Source: Stegostoma tigrinum
Lineage: Eukaryota
Length of the DNA: 64,000 bases
Assembly (NCBI RefSeq): GCF_030684315.1
Contig: NC_081384.1
Location: forward strand, 6,418,655 to 6,482,654
Reading direction: 5' to 3'
The translations under genes were made by a program, and so were the position numbers. The notes beneath the pieces are model-generated. The model searched no databases. It worked only from the letters and a program-made list of their open reading frames with translations, and was not told the origin of the DNA. Each line of letters begins with the position of its first letter. The stretch's first letter is position 1. Positions 23,236 to 35,729 of the stretch are shown one piece after another.

Positions 23236-25084
23236 AGCGAAACAAGGCAGGGCACTAATGCTGCTGTTTAGGTGAGAATGCAGTTCTAGTTGCAGGCTCT
23301 GTCATAGCATTTACACATTGGGGAGACAGTATTCCAGCTGGGCTCCAAGACACTGTGCCAACAGTAACAGCATTAACTTTTTTAATGAGAGTCTACTCAG
23401 CATGTGCATTGCTTAATGAGGGGGAAAAGTATTGAATTATTTGAATCATTTTTGAGCCTCATTAATTTTAGCCTCACTTCCTCTAGTTCTGTCCAAATTA
23501 AATAACCAACTAACATTTGTATTATCCAGTGCTCTCAGTACTTCAATAACCCTGTCCCTTCTTAATCTTTTTATTAAGGAATGAAAAATACTATGACTCC
23601 CTGTTTTGTAACTTAGAAAATCCCTGAATCTCTAAGCTTCCCTCGGACTCCTTCAGTTTCTTAGAACAGGTGGATGTCTGAAGTGACTCAGGTGCAGCAT
23701 TGCTAACAAACCATGCAAGTTTAGGATACCAGACCTAAACGGTATTTAATCCTGCATCCCAGTTCCTATTGACACAGCAATAACATCTTCACACTGAAGG
23801 AAACTCCAAAGTACATTCTATTTTCTCCATGCTATGCACACACATTTCATGTTTGCAATTCCTACAAGCTCACAGCTCCAAAAGAGAACCGAGAATGGAG
23901 TCCTGTATTCCTTGAGAAGAAATGCTTGTCAAGAAGCACTGCACCTTTTTCCTCAGAAAACTGAATTACCCTTTTAACTCTGTGTTTTATTTCTGGGAAC
24001 AATTGTCCACCTTGGATTCTTCAGTCCACCACCTCACCCTCCAGTTGTAACCACTCACCTCTGTTCCATGTGCTCCAGCCAGGTAAGTGGGCGAGGGGGT
24101 CACATACTCCTTCGCAACTTCCAATAGCAATGCTGCTCTGTGGCTCAGCAGGCAGGAGGCACGTTTCTATGGGGTAAGGCAGACAGTGACAGTTTGTGCC
24201 AGTGACTTGGGTGGTGCCAGCACGTTGCTTGACCAAGTAGCTGCTAAATGAATACAAGGACATCGCAGTGGTGATGGTGAATTACTGGAGTCTTACACAA
24301 GTGAGAAAAGCCCGGTAATGAATGAGTGGAGTGATCGAGGCTGATGGTGATTGGGTGGAACTGAGAATTCTTTTACATGAGTGACTGAACTTTCCTGACA
24401 CAGCATCAGTGGTGTAATGTTCCACCTATTCTACTGGCTATTGTACCAATTTGCAGCGGGTCCATCATAAACAATGAAAATTAACTGCTGTTATGTTGTC
24501 ACATTCCTAGACTGTAAAATTGTCACCAACTTTCATCAGATTAAGATTCTTCATTCAATAGTCTATCTCTGAACAGGATTAATCATTCAGAGTTGTCTTT
24601 AAGCTTTGGTTGTCTATCACTATGGAGGAACATTCTTTTAAGAAAAATAGAGACGCACTCCAAAAACTTAGCATCATTAGTATTAGAACTCTCCTTCTTT
24701 CTGCCTAATTCTTTCACAGACACTTTTGAATTAGTGAATTTTGACAGCATTACTTAGCTTTCAGACTGTATTTTATTAATAGAATGAGGGAGCTGCATGG
24801 ACTGTTCTTGCTGAACTTGCAGAGTCACCTTCCCTAGGTACCCTGCAGGTAAAACGGCACCAGAAGCTATACTAACTGGGCAATAGCCTTCACTGAATCC
24901 AGGGAGTTCATGTTTTCCCACTTGTAGCCCCCTTTCCCACAGGAACACAAGGCAAACCAGCATTAGTTAGCAAGTTAACGGGAGATATTGGAAGATTAGT
25001 TAGAGTGTGTGCTACATCCCCCAAATTTATGTTTCATCCAACTCCAGTACACAAACATCTGACCTATGTTGCTCATGAATCAAC

Positions 25085-26430
25085 TGTGTAAGCTAATTAA
25101 TAATGGATTGGTTAAGTCATAAAATCAGACAAAGCCAACATGGATTTATGAAAGGAATGTTATGCCTTTCCAAAGTTACTGGAATTTTTTGAGAAGGTCA
25201 CAATTAGAATTAATAAGATGGAGCCAATGGATGTGATTTACTTGAACCGCAAGAAGGCTTTTGAGAATGTCCTATATAAAGAGACTAACAGATAAAATGA
25301 AAGTGTATGGGATTGGGGGCAGTGTACTGACATGGAAAGAGATCAGGGTGGCAGACAGGAAAGTGCGATTGGGATTTTTTTTTCAAGCGGCTGCCAGTGA
25401 CTATTGGGATAGCACAGGGATCAGTGCTTAGGCCGCAGCTGTTCAAAATAACATTCACAGTTTAGATGAGGGAAATAAACGTAACATCTCCAAGTTTGCA
25501 GATGACACAAAGCTAGGTGGGAAGGTGAGCAGTGAGGAGGATGCAGAGATGCATCAGTGTAATTTGGACAGGCTGAATGTGTGGACAAATGCATAGCAGA
25601 TGACGTATAATGTGGATAAATGTGAGTTTAGCTTCTTTGGTAGCAAAAACAAGAAGCCAGGCTATTTTCTTGAATGCTGGTAGATTGAGAAAGCGGGGGG
25701 TGGGGGGAGGGGGTGGTGCGGGGAATAAGATAGTGCGCCAAGATCTGGCTATCTGCGTACACCTGCCATTGAGAATAAACATGCAGATGCAGTAGGCGGT
25801 GAGAAAAGCACATGGTATAAGGATAGCATACCAGTGAGAGGATTGGCGTACAGGAACAGAGATGTCTTGCTGTAATTGTGCAAAGCCTCAGCGAGACTTC
25901 AGTGGATTATTGTGTGCAGTTTTGGTCTCCTTACCTGAGAAAGGATGCCCTAGTGGCGGACGGAGTGCAAGTTTTATTAGACTGGCTCGTGAAATGGCAA
26001 GACTGATGCACGAAGATACTCTGGATCAGTTAGTACTATGTCATTGGGGTTTAGAAGAATGAGGGGGGACTGCACAGACACCTACTGGACAGTATAAATG
26101 CAGGACAGATGTTCCTGACCACCAGGGACTCCAGATTTAGGGACCACAATCTAAGAATACAGGGTAGGCCATTTAGGACTGAGATAAAGCAGAATTTCTT
26201 CACTCAGAGAGTGGTGAACCTGTGGAATTCTCTGACCAAAAGTGGTTTCCATATTGAATGTTTTCAAGTAGGAATTAGATATAGCTATTAAAGCAAAAGG
26301 GATCACAGGTAATGGGGACAGAGTGGGAACAAGGTGCTGAGTTGGATATGCAGCCATGATCATTTTGAATGGAGGAGTAGGGTCAAAGGGCTGAATGGCC
26401 TACTCCTGCACCTATTTTCTTTGTTTTTAT
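25085..26430 (+). mobile_element. CR1 LINE RT through 3' UTR (decayed)
   Basis: TCCAAGTTTGCAGATGACACAAAG (SKFADDTK), FFTQRVVNLWNSL, 3' UTR GGGCTGAATGGCCTACTCCTG. Confidence 0.9.
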
Positions 26431-26999
26431 GTTTCCAAGGCATAAAATGGCTCCCTTGGTGGGGAAGTGATTTGCTGTAGAACGAACCGGGTCTACCTCA
26501 GCTTTGAATCTCAGTGGGGGATTAGCAATGTTGGCAACAGTCAACCTCAAATGGTCCTGTGCAAAGAAAAGTGGCTTGTGGCCAGGTGAGAAATCAACTG
26601 AAGCTCCACCTCCCAGAGGATTTCCATGACCCATTGCTGGAACTGATATTCAATGATGACAGAATCTGACTGAATTTCATGATTCAAATGGCCCGTCAAT
26701 GCTCAATGTGTAGACTCACACGTGACAAGTGACAGTTTGTCAGAGGTGTAAGAGACACGGGACAAGGTGGGGGTTGGGAGGAGGTCTGCATAAAGCAAAA
26801 AAATATGAATTGTTAAATAAAGAACTGGGTACAAGATGGAGAAACCATGCAAGAGGGGCCTTTGTGATGATTTCAATGTTTTATTTGAAATTATATCATA
26901 ACATAGACCTATATGTGAATTTAAATCTAGGCAAATATGTTAGAAATATGCATTCACAATGGCAAGTAGAAAAGGAGGTGCATTAGGCTTCTTAATAAC

Positions 27000-28215
27000 A
27001 GAAGAGCCCATGGTGTTAGAGGGAGTATATTAGCATGAATAGAGAATTAGCTAACTAGTAGAAGACAAGGGTAAAGCTAGATCAGGGAATAACAGACTGG
27101 TGAGTCTCATCTCAGTGGGTAAGGAAGCTATTGGAGAAAATTTTGAGGGTGAGAATTAATCCCCATTTAGACAGGCAAGGTTTGGTTATAGATAGACAGC
27201 ATGGCTTTGTCAGAGGGATGTCATGCCTAATAAATCTGCTCAAATTTATCAAAGAGGTGACCAAGTGTATAGATGATGGTAGTATAGTTGTTGTAGATTG
27301 TATGGATTTTAACAAAGCCTTTGATTAGGTCTCACATGGGAAACTGATAAAGAAGGTAAAAGCACATGGGAACCTGGGTAACTTGGCAAACTGGATCCAA
27401 AATTGCCTTCATGGCAGGAGACAGAGGATGGTGATAAAAGCTGGTTGCATCACATGGAATACAACACAGTGGAATGCAAGGTTACACATCTTGGCAGGAA
27501 GAATAGAGTAGGTGAATATTATTGAAATGGAGAAAGACTGCAGAAAGCTACCATGAGTCACAAAAAGCTAACATCCATGTTCAGCGGGCAATAGTGAAGG
27601 CAAATAGAATGTTGGCCTTTATTTCAAAAGGGAATTGAATATAAAAGTAGGGAGGTTTTGCTAAAACTATACTTGACACTAGTTAGAACATAGCTAGAAT
27701 ACTGTGAACTTTTTTGGCATCCTTATACAAGGAAAGGCTTTGGAGGGAGTCTAGAGGAGGTTCACTTGGCTGATACCAAGTATGGAGGGACTGTCTTATG
27801 AGGAGAGGTTGAGCAGTTTAAGGTTGGATCATAAAAGAATGAAGAGATTGCTTTATTCATACATAGAAGATTCTTAGAAGACTTGACAGGGTACATTTGG
27901 AAAGGTCATTCCCTTTGTGGGAGAGTCTAGGATAGAGGGCATAATCTCTGAATAAGGGATTCCACATTTAAGACAAAGATGAAGAAGAAATTCTTCTCTT
28001 AGAGGGTTGTGAATTTGTGGAATTCTTTACCATGTAGGACTGTTGAAATTGCCTTGTTAAGTACATTTTTAATCAGTAAGGACAACAAGACATAAGGGGG
28101 AAAGGTCAGAAATGTAGAGTTAAGGATAATCAGATCTGCTATGATCTCAATGAATGGTGGAGCAGGCTTGATGGGCTGAATGGCCTACGTCTGCTTCAAC
28201 AGTTCATGGCCAATG
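27000..28215 (+). mobile_element. CR1 LINE fragments, two subfamilies nested or joined
   Basis: QHGFVRGMSCLINL...MDFNKAFD; later 3' UTR GATGGGCTGAATGGCCTAC. Confidence 0.88.
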
Positions 28216-28639
28216 ATCTTACGTTAATAAGGAGGCAAAAGCATTGACACATCCAAATTGTTCAAAAGATTATGTTGTGGTCAAAAATTATGGCTTGGTT
28301 GAGAGGATGAGAATCAGGTAGCGAGAAATGGCAATTAACCAATGAGTCACATATTAATAGATTCACCTCAGTTGGAAAAACCAACACTGTGCTAAAAGTG
28401 GTGACACGATTCAGTCGCATTATTCTATATGTATGTGAGAGGGACGCAGCCAGGAATGAGGGGTCCTGTTACAAAGCCTGGATCGCTAATGGAAATCAGT
28501 GAAATTACTGTTCAGAAATCAACCTGATTGTTGACTGGCCTGGGCCCCAAATCATACCATTGGACTAAAATACTTGAATGGAAGTGACCGCAGCTCTCTT
28601 GTGTGGAAGACATTTACTGGCCTCTCGTTGCCAACTTCA

Positions 28640-28755
28640 GTTCAAAACATTGGCTCAGTTTCTCCCTTCACAAATGTTGCAAGACCTGCTGAGTTGCCCC
28701 CAGCACTTCCTGTTTCCATATCAGTTTTTCAATCTCTTCAGTTTTTTTTATTTTA
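28640..28755 (+). mobile_element. Old PLE terminal-repeat remnant
   Basis: CAAATGTTGCAAGACCTGCTGAG...CAGCACTTCCTGTTT resembles the 43570 and 58083 family. Confidence 0.5.
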
Positions 28756-29054
28756 CTGGCTAATTGAGGTCACCAAATGATATTCGAGCTAAGGGCTGTT
28801 GACGCCTCTCAAACAAATTTTACAATAAGTATGGGGCAAAGGTGTCGCAAACTAAACAAACACTCTTCCAATCTTTTGAATAAATGCTTACAAATATTGC
28901 TCCTATTTTTATAACTCCTCTCCATGCTCATAGCAGTGAGCTTGTACAGGGAGAAGTCAACAGATGTATTCATGATTAGCAGCAAGTGTTTTGCTGAGAG
29001 ATAGAAAGATAAATGTTGCGATATGTATATTTTCCTGGCCTAATTCTCTCAAAG

Positions 29055-29165
29055 GCTGCTGATGAAAGGTCATTGATCTGAGAAGCTAATTCTGCTTCTC
29101 TCCCCATCAATGCTGCCAGGTTCACTCCAGCAAGCTCTCATTTTATTTTCAGATTTCGACCATCC
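29055..29165 (+). mobile_element. Old PLE terminal-repeat remnant with partial hammerhead
   Basis: CTGATGAAAGGTCATTGATCTGAGAAG followed by the family tail. Confidence 0.55.
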
Positions 29166-29640
29166 AGGATATTATTACATTGGAAAGGGTGCAGAAAAGA
29201 TTTATAAGGACGTTGTCGGGACTGGAGGGTTTGAGTTATAAGGAGAGATTGGGTATTCTGGGACTTCTTTCCCTGCAGCATAAGAGGCTGAGGGGTGACC
29301 TTATAGAGATTTATTTAGAAATGAGGGGTACAGATAAAGTTCTTTTCCCTGGGGTGAGGTAGTCTAAAACTAGAGGGAACAGATTTAAGGTGGCAGGAGA
29401 GAGATTTAAAAGGGACCTGAGGGGGAACCTTTTCGTACAGAGGGTAGCTCATTTTTTAGAATGAACTGCCAGAGAAAATGGTAGATGCAAGTACAGTTAC
29501 TACAATTAAAAGACATTTGGACAGGTATACGAAAAGTTTAAGAGGAATATGGGCCAAACAGACAAGTGGGACTAATTTAGTTTGGGAAGCCTGGTAGGCA
29601 TGGACAAATTGGGCCATAGGTCCCACATGAATCTATGGCT
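29166..29640 (+). mobile_element. CR1 LINE 3' end
   Basis: ERVQKRFIRTLSGLEGLSYKERL...RLRGDLIE. Confidence 0.9.
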
Positions 29641-29669
29641 ATATCTACAGTATTTTTCTTTTAGTTCTC

Positions 29670-29820
29670 GTTGCAATTTCAGAGGCATGGGGTTAGCCAT
29701 GGGAAATGCAGGGTTACAGATAGTGGGCGTGTTGATCTGGGTGGTCTGCTCTTCAGATCGTCAGTGCAGACTCGATGGGCTGAAAATGGCCAACACCTGC
29801 ACTGTAGGGATTCTATGATT
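29670..29820 (+). mobile_element. V-SINE 3' part
   Basis: GGGAAATGCAGGG...CACTGTAGGGATTCTATG. Confidence 0.75.
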
Positions 29821-32800
29821 GAAGTTAGACTGAGAGGTTTTCATTAAGCACATCATATGGAATCAAGGCAGGTAAATGGAATTAAGATAAAGATCAAAAA
29901 TGACTAAATTGAACAGCAGATGGTTTCGAGAGGCTGAATGGATTATTCCTGTGTCCTTTTAGCTGATGAGGATACAACGCACCTAGCTAGTGTACAACCT
30001 GAAAAACTAATAATGAAATTTGATGAAGGGGCTAAAATAAATTTAAATATGACTTAGAATGAGGAAGGCTTGTGTTCTAATACATGAAGAAATCTTGAGT
30101 ATGTTAAGTGAGGGATAGAGCGAATAAAACAGAATGCAAAGAAATATAAGGAAAGAACTTAGAATATACATTTATGTCATAAAAATATATTCACAATTTG
30201 TTTATCCTGCACTTTGGATAAAAATTTATAAGTTGTTCTCATGCCTTAGTCTGTATCTGCTATAATTACTGAAATTTTTAGGAATTAATGATTAATCTCC
30301 AGGATACCACTGTGAGTAAACAGAGGAGAAAAGCCATAGGCGCTCTGAAAAAACCCTGTATGTTGTTTTCCTTTGCTTTCAGCGTTGTTTATTAGTTAGA
30401 TAATGCCGAAGGTGGGACATTTAGCTATTTGTTGGCTGGTTGAATCATCCAAATGGATAACAAAAAGTGTTCAATTTACAATTGACCTGAGAAGATGGGT
30501 GTGACCAAATATAGGAGAGTGGGGGCTGGAAATTGGTGGAATGGGATCACATAATGAAACTTTCAGGAACATGTGCAAATAGAATGAGCAGCATTGGCTT
30601 TATCTGATTTAGAGTTGTGAACCATGGTGGTATTCTGGTGGGGAACAAATAGTCCACATTCGTCAGATACATTATGGACATTCAAGTCTTGGATAGGCAC
30701 AAGGATGATAGTAAAATGTAGAGTATACATGGTAGATTGACTTTAGAGTAGGATAATAGGTCAACCCAACATCATGGGCCAAAGGGCCTGTACTGTGCTG
30801 TACTGTTCTATGTTCTATGGTCATGGAGTAATGAGAAGAATATGTGCCATTGCCTAATGATTGGAAGCCAATAACACCCACTGAACAACACTTCTTCACT
30901 TCTCCATTTGCGGAGTTGTCCAACCAAGGTCAATACTACTTTGATGTTTTCTTCTGTTAAATCATTCCCTTGGACTGCCTTCCAGTGAGGAGTTGTGGGA
31001 TTTGGGATACTGTTCTATCCAAGTCATCTTGGTCAACTGTGGATGTGGCCGATGGACAATGATCTTGAAATCCAGTCTAATCCTAGTCCATCAAAACCAT
31101 AGGAACTGACACTAATTATAACACTATCACCACTGTCCCTTTCTGTGAGACCAGTGACTCGCAGAATTGAATCTGGAACTTCCTGCTTTGTGGAATTCAT
31201 TACCACACAATATAGTATCTAACCACAGGTGGCACAGGTAGTTACAATAGAAAGACCTTTTTAGTCCTAAGGTTATCATCGATCATAGAATCCCTATAGT
31301 GTGGAAACAGGCCCTTCAGCCCTACCAGTTCACACTGACCCATCCCCCTAGAACCCAAGTAAGCTACACATCCCTGAAGACTAGGGATGTGAAGGTTTGA
31401 TTTAATGAGTGGTCAGATCAACAGAGGCTATTTTCTCTGGTGTGTGTGTTGGACGGGGCAGGGTGAATTAGGCTGAGAATAAGCTGTCATTAACTAAAAA
31501 TTAGACTAAAAATTAGATTGGGCAGTTCAGCAGTGATGTCAGTACACACCTCCCGACTCAAAAGGTCAGCTAAAATTGGAACTCTCCCTCCCAAAAACTT
31601 GCAGAGCTTGGGAGTCAATTGTCAAAATTGAGTTTGTTAATGTTTAATAAGGCAAGGGTATTTAGGGATTTGAACTAAGGAGAATGAATGGCGCAAATAT
31701 GCAGATTAGCCATGGGCTCACTGAATGCGAGAACAGACTTAAGGGAGTGAATGGTCTGATCCTATCATTGCCTGATGGTAGCCAATGTGATAGAAAAACC
31801 TTTATTTATAACCTGCATGTAAAATTTCAGTCCGATGGTATCTCAGATCTTATGTACCTAAACAGGTGAAATTTACAATATAAAAAATTCTTCAAAATTA
31901 CTGACTTTGTTTTAAGATCTGGCAGCTTACTCATGTATCGTGTATGTTTCTGGTTATTAATTGAAGTGGCAATAGACAGTTTTACAAAAAATGTGATACA
32001 TAATGAAGTGGTTTAGAATGGAGGGGAAGCCAATTTATTTTCTGCATTTCATTCACGAACAGTAAAAGAGGAAGGAGGTGAAGATAGAGAATGGGATTAC
32101 TATTCTTTCCCAATCAAATAGGGCATTTGTCTGAGGGAACATAAATAGTTTGCTTGGCCAGCTCGCAGTGAGTAACTTCAATGATGCTTTGGGCAGTGGG
32201 TCTATATCTGGCTGAATGTGTTGTTATTCCCATTTTCACCTTGTCAGTCCTTCCTCGCGCCATATTGTTGCATTTCTTTATCCTTCCCCATGCGGCCAGC
32301 AGCTCACCACATTCAACAAATTAGGAACAGTTAGGAAATTACATTTATTAATTTCTCAAGCAGCTGATAAGTATAAATATCGACAGGAAACACTTCTGCA
32401 AATACAAATGACCAACTCCTCTAATTGACCCAAACCCATCTAGAACAGAGCAAACAAGTTTATTATTTAGATCACTCTCACTTTCAATAATTTTTCAGTT
32501 CAAATAGCTGGCAGCTATTTAGTGTCCGTACAACACAAACGTTGCTGGGAATGCTGAGGACTCATTCTAGCACACTGTTTCAATTTACCCCAGTGAAATC
32601 CGCAAGGCACAGACGCTCGGGAGTCGAAAAGCACCAGCTCAAGAGGAAGCATTTTTTTTCTGTAAAGTCTGGACCTTTGTTCAACCTCAAGCTTTTCAAA
32701 TGTGTATCTCTTGCACTTTGGTGAGGTTTAGAGTCCAGATCTTACAGTAACTCGTACAGTGATGACCACAGCTCTGTCTGTTGTACTCGGAGCTTCAAAT

Positions 32801-33599
32801 ATTGTCTGCTCCTTGAGTTGGGCATGTGTAACAGGGAGAAGTGAAATTTAAGGATCTTAGAAAGTCCAAATGTCTAGGATAGCTTAGGTAAAGATTTGCT
32901 CTGCATTAGCTCAATGGTGCACAATATGTGTAGGATCCAGGGTGAGTTAGTTAGGGAGTTTTGGCTCCACGTTTAAAGTGCAGACAGAGGACAATTGTTT
33001 GGGAGCCTGCCGTGGCTTGGGAGGTTATGCCCATCTCCAGCACAAACATAGCTGCATTAAATCTTCACTGTACATAAGCCATACATAAACCAGGCCCGAG
33101 GGGCTCCAGTCAACATACACACAAACACATATATAAATTAACAACCTCAGCTGTATACAAATAAGAGGCTACCAGCATCACACAGCAGAATAACATGGAG
33201 CTCTGCAAAAGCAAAGCTTAGACTAGAGAAGAGCTAGCAACATACAGCAAAAAAACCGTCAAAAATGCAAGCCTGGGACAAGTGTAAATAGCAAGAATCC
33301 CTACATTCATTATTCTGCAGTGACATTGGTCTCAATGATTTGTTGGCAATGAGATTCAGCTGAAAGGAATGGTGGTTGTTCCTGTGACAATGGGACAAAA
33401 TCTGAAAGTTCCTCTCACAAATCAATCAATCATCTTTCCGAGGTAAAAATCAAGTCAATGGACTATCCACCTCTCAGTGTTTGTGGTTACGAGGCATCAG
33501 AAGTGAACTTCACAAAAGAGGATAGTCAATTCTATGGTGCAAAGAGCTAATTAAAAATGGACCTTGTCAATAGAAAGGATCCCACTTGCGTGGGATTTG

Positions 33600-33855
33600 A
33601 GAAGTGGCTTATTTATCTTAGCTCACAGCCTTGTCACTGTCAGTATAAAATAAACAGCCAAGGCACTAAATCAAGGTCCTGTCTCTCCTCTGAAATGGAC
33701 TTAAAAAGATCCCTTAGCAGTGACTGAAGAGAGCGGGGCTGTGTCCTGGTCAGCATTTATCCCTTGGCCCAACTCATCAGAAACAGGTGAATTAGTTACT
33801 GATCTCAATGCTGTCTAAGGGAGTTTACCGTGCACAAACTAGCGATACATTTCAG
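33600..33855 (+). mobile_element. DeuSINE-like element (Deu domain)
   Basis: TAAATCAAGGTCCTGTCT...AAAAGATCCC...GTGTCCTGGTCAGCATTTATCCC. Confidence 0.7.
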
Positions 33856-33859
33856 CAGA

Positions 33860-35265
33860 TCATCGGACTCAGGAACAGAAGTAGGCTATTCAGCACTTTT
33901 GAGTCTGTTCTGCCATCCAATAAAGTCATGGCCAATCTGATTATAACCTCAACTCAACTGACCTACCATCCTTCCCCACAACTCTTGACTAGCTAGTTCA
34001 ATCTTTAATAAATTTAACGTCAACTGTTTTCTGAGGAAGAAAATTCCACTGACTAATGTATCATTTGGAAAAAAGAATGTACTCATCTCTTCTTAGAACA
34101 GAGAATTTTTTAGTCTTAGACTGTGTCCCCCTAAATTCCAGTCATTTCCCTCAAGAGGTTTCATTCTGTTAAACTCCAGTGGTTAAAGGCTGAAGGCTTT
34201 TTCCACAAGATAAGCCCTTTGCCCCAGGAATGAGTTGAACAATTGCCTCTGAACTGCTTCCAAAGCAACTATATTATTTTTCAAATAAGGAAACCAAAAT
34301 TCTGCGGTCCTCCGGAAATGATCTCACCAAGGGTCTATAAGGTGCAACAAAAATTCTCTCCTCCTAGATTCCATTTTCCTTACAATGAACACTAATTTTT
34401 GAATGGCTTTCCTGATCACTTGCTGTGCCTGAAATTTGAATCACCTCTCAGTTTTCCTGCCACTGCACAGACCTCCAAAGTGACAGCAGCATCTGGAACC
34501 AGGAGCCTATTAGTGTGAATGGGCAGTGGCTAGATCCTCTGAACCATACAGCTTAGAGGGAAAATTGTGATCAGACCTGTTCTTCCTCTCACCTATTCCC
34601 TCCTCCCACCTCAAGCCTCACCTCCATTTCCCACCTACTAACCTCATCCCGCCCCCTTGACCTGTTCATCCCCGGGCTGACCTATCCCCTCCCTACCTCC
34701 CCATCCCTACTCTCCTCCCCACCTATCTTCTCCTCTATCCATCATCAGTCCGCCTCCCCCTCTCTCCCTATTTATTTCAGAACTGTCTCCCCATCCCCCT
34801 TTTCTGATGAAGGGTCTAGGCCTGAAACGTCAGCTTTTATGCTCCTGAGATGCTGCTTGGCCTGCTGTGTTCATCCAGCTCCACACTTTATTATCTTAGC
34901 TTAGAGGGAACATTTCCTGCAAAATCACCTTTTGTGGTACATGTGCCTGGAAACCCAGATCCCCTTTGTAACCCTAAATTCTGCAATCTCTCTCCACTTA
35001 AATAGAGCACTGCTGTTCTATCAAGTTCACATTTTTACACATTATACTCCAGCTGACAATTTTTAGCCCACTCAGTTAATCTCTCTATATCTTGCTGTAG
35101 CTTCTATACCACCTCCTGAGACTTAAGTTTCTTATCCTGGTGGTTTTCAGCAAATCCAGTTATCATACATTTGCTCACCATATCCAGGTTACTGATATAC
35201 TGATACGTTGATTATAAATATTTGAGGCCCCAGCACTGATCTCTGTTGCGCTTCACCAGTTACAA
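33860..35265 (-). mobile_element. Fragmented CR1 LINE
   Basis: Antisense 3' UTR GTAGGCTATTCAGC; GAGGCCCCAGCACTGATC is antisense GSVLGP. Confidence 0.7.
34563..34897 (+). mobile_element. PLE family A 3' fragment with hammerhead (~34802-34833) and 13-bp TSD
   Basis: TSD AGCTTAGAGGGAA at 34550-34562 and 34898-34910; CTGATGAAGGGTCTAGGCCTGAAACGTCAG. Confidence 0.9.
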
Positions 35266-35729
35266 CCCAAAGAGGACCAGTGATCACACACTTAATTTGC
35301 TGTAAAATGCTACTGGGTATCATGAAGCTGTGTGAGATATGGAATCTCTAGCAGCTCAACTCTGTCACTGGACTAAGTATCAGGGTAGGTTATGTGACCA
35401 TACCTCTGGGATGGGATTGAACACACAACCTCCTGAATGAAGAGGAGAGATAGATAATGATCGAGTCTGGAAGACATCTACAGATCAGGGAAAACTGAAG
35501 GAGAACAGGGAAGAAAACGGGAAGGAAGAGTGATGCATTCTAACCAACTGGATCATAATCTGCCCATGGTTACTCTATAGTAAATTCTCTACACTGCCTA
35601 AACATCCATCAGTAGTTCATTCAATTATTCTACGTGTAAATGAGTCTATAGCAAATCTTAAAACAGCAAATCATGTGCAAAATGGGTCTGAAAGGGTTAG
35701 TTCTGAGGAATTCCATAAGGCCCAGTAAC

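Noticed and set aside
30300-30420. Strong acceptor TTTTCCTTTGCTTTCAG with a possible 29-nt exon
   Set aside because: Weak donor (GTGGGA) and no supporting exon chain
31491-31518. ACTAAAAATTAG duplicated
   Set aside because: Simple slippage duplication with no insert between copies
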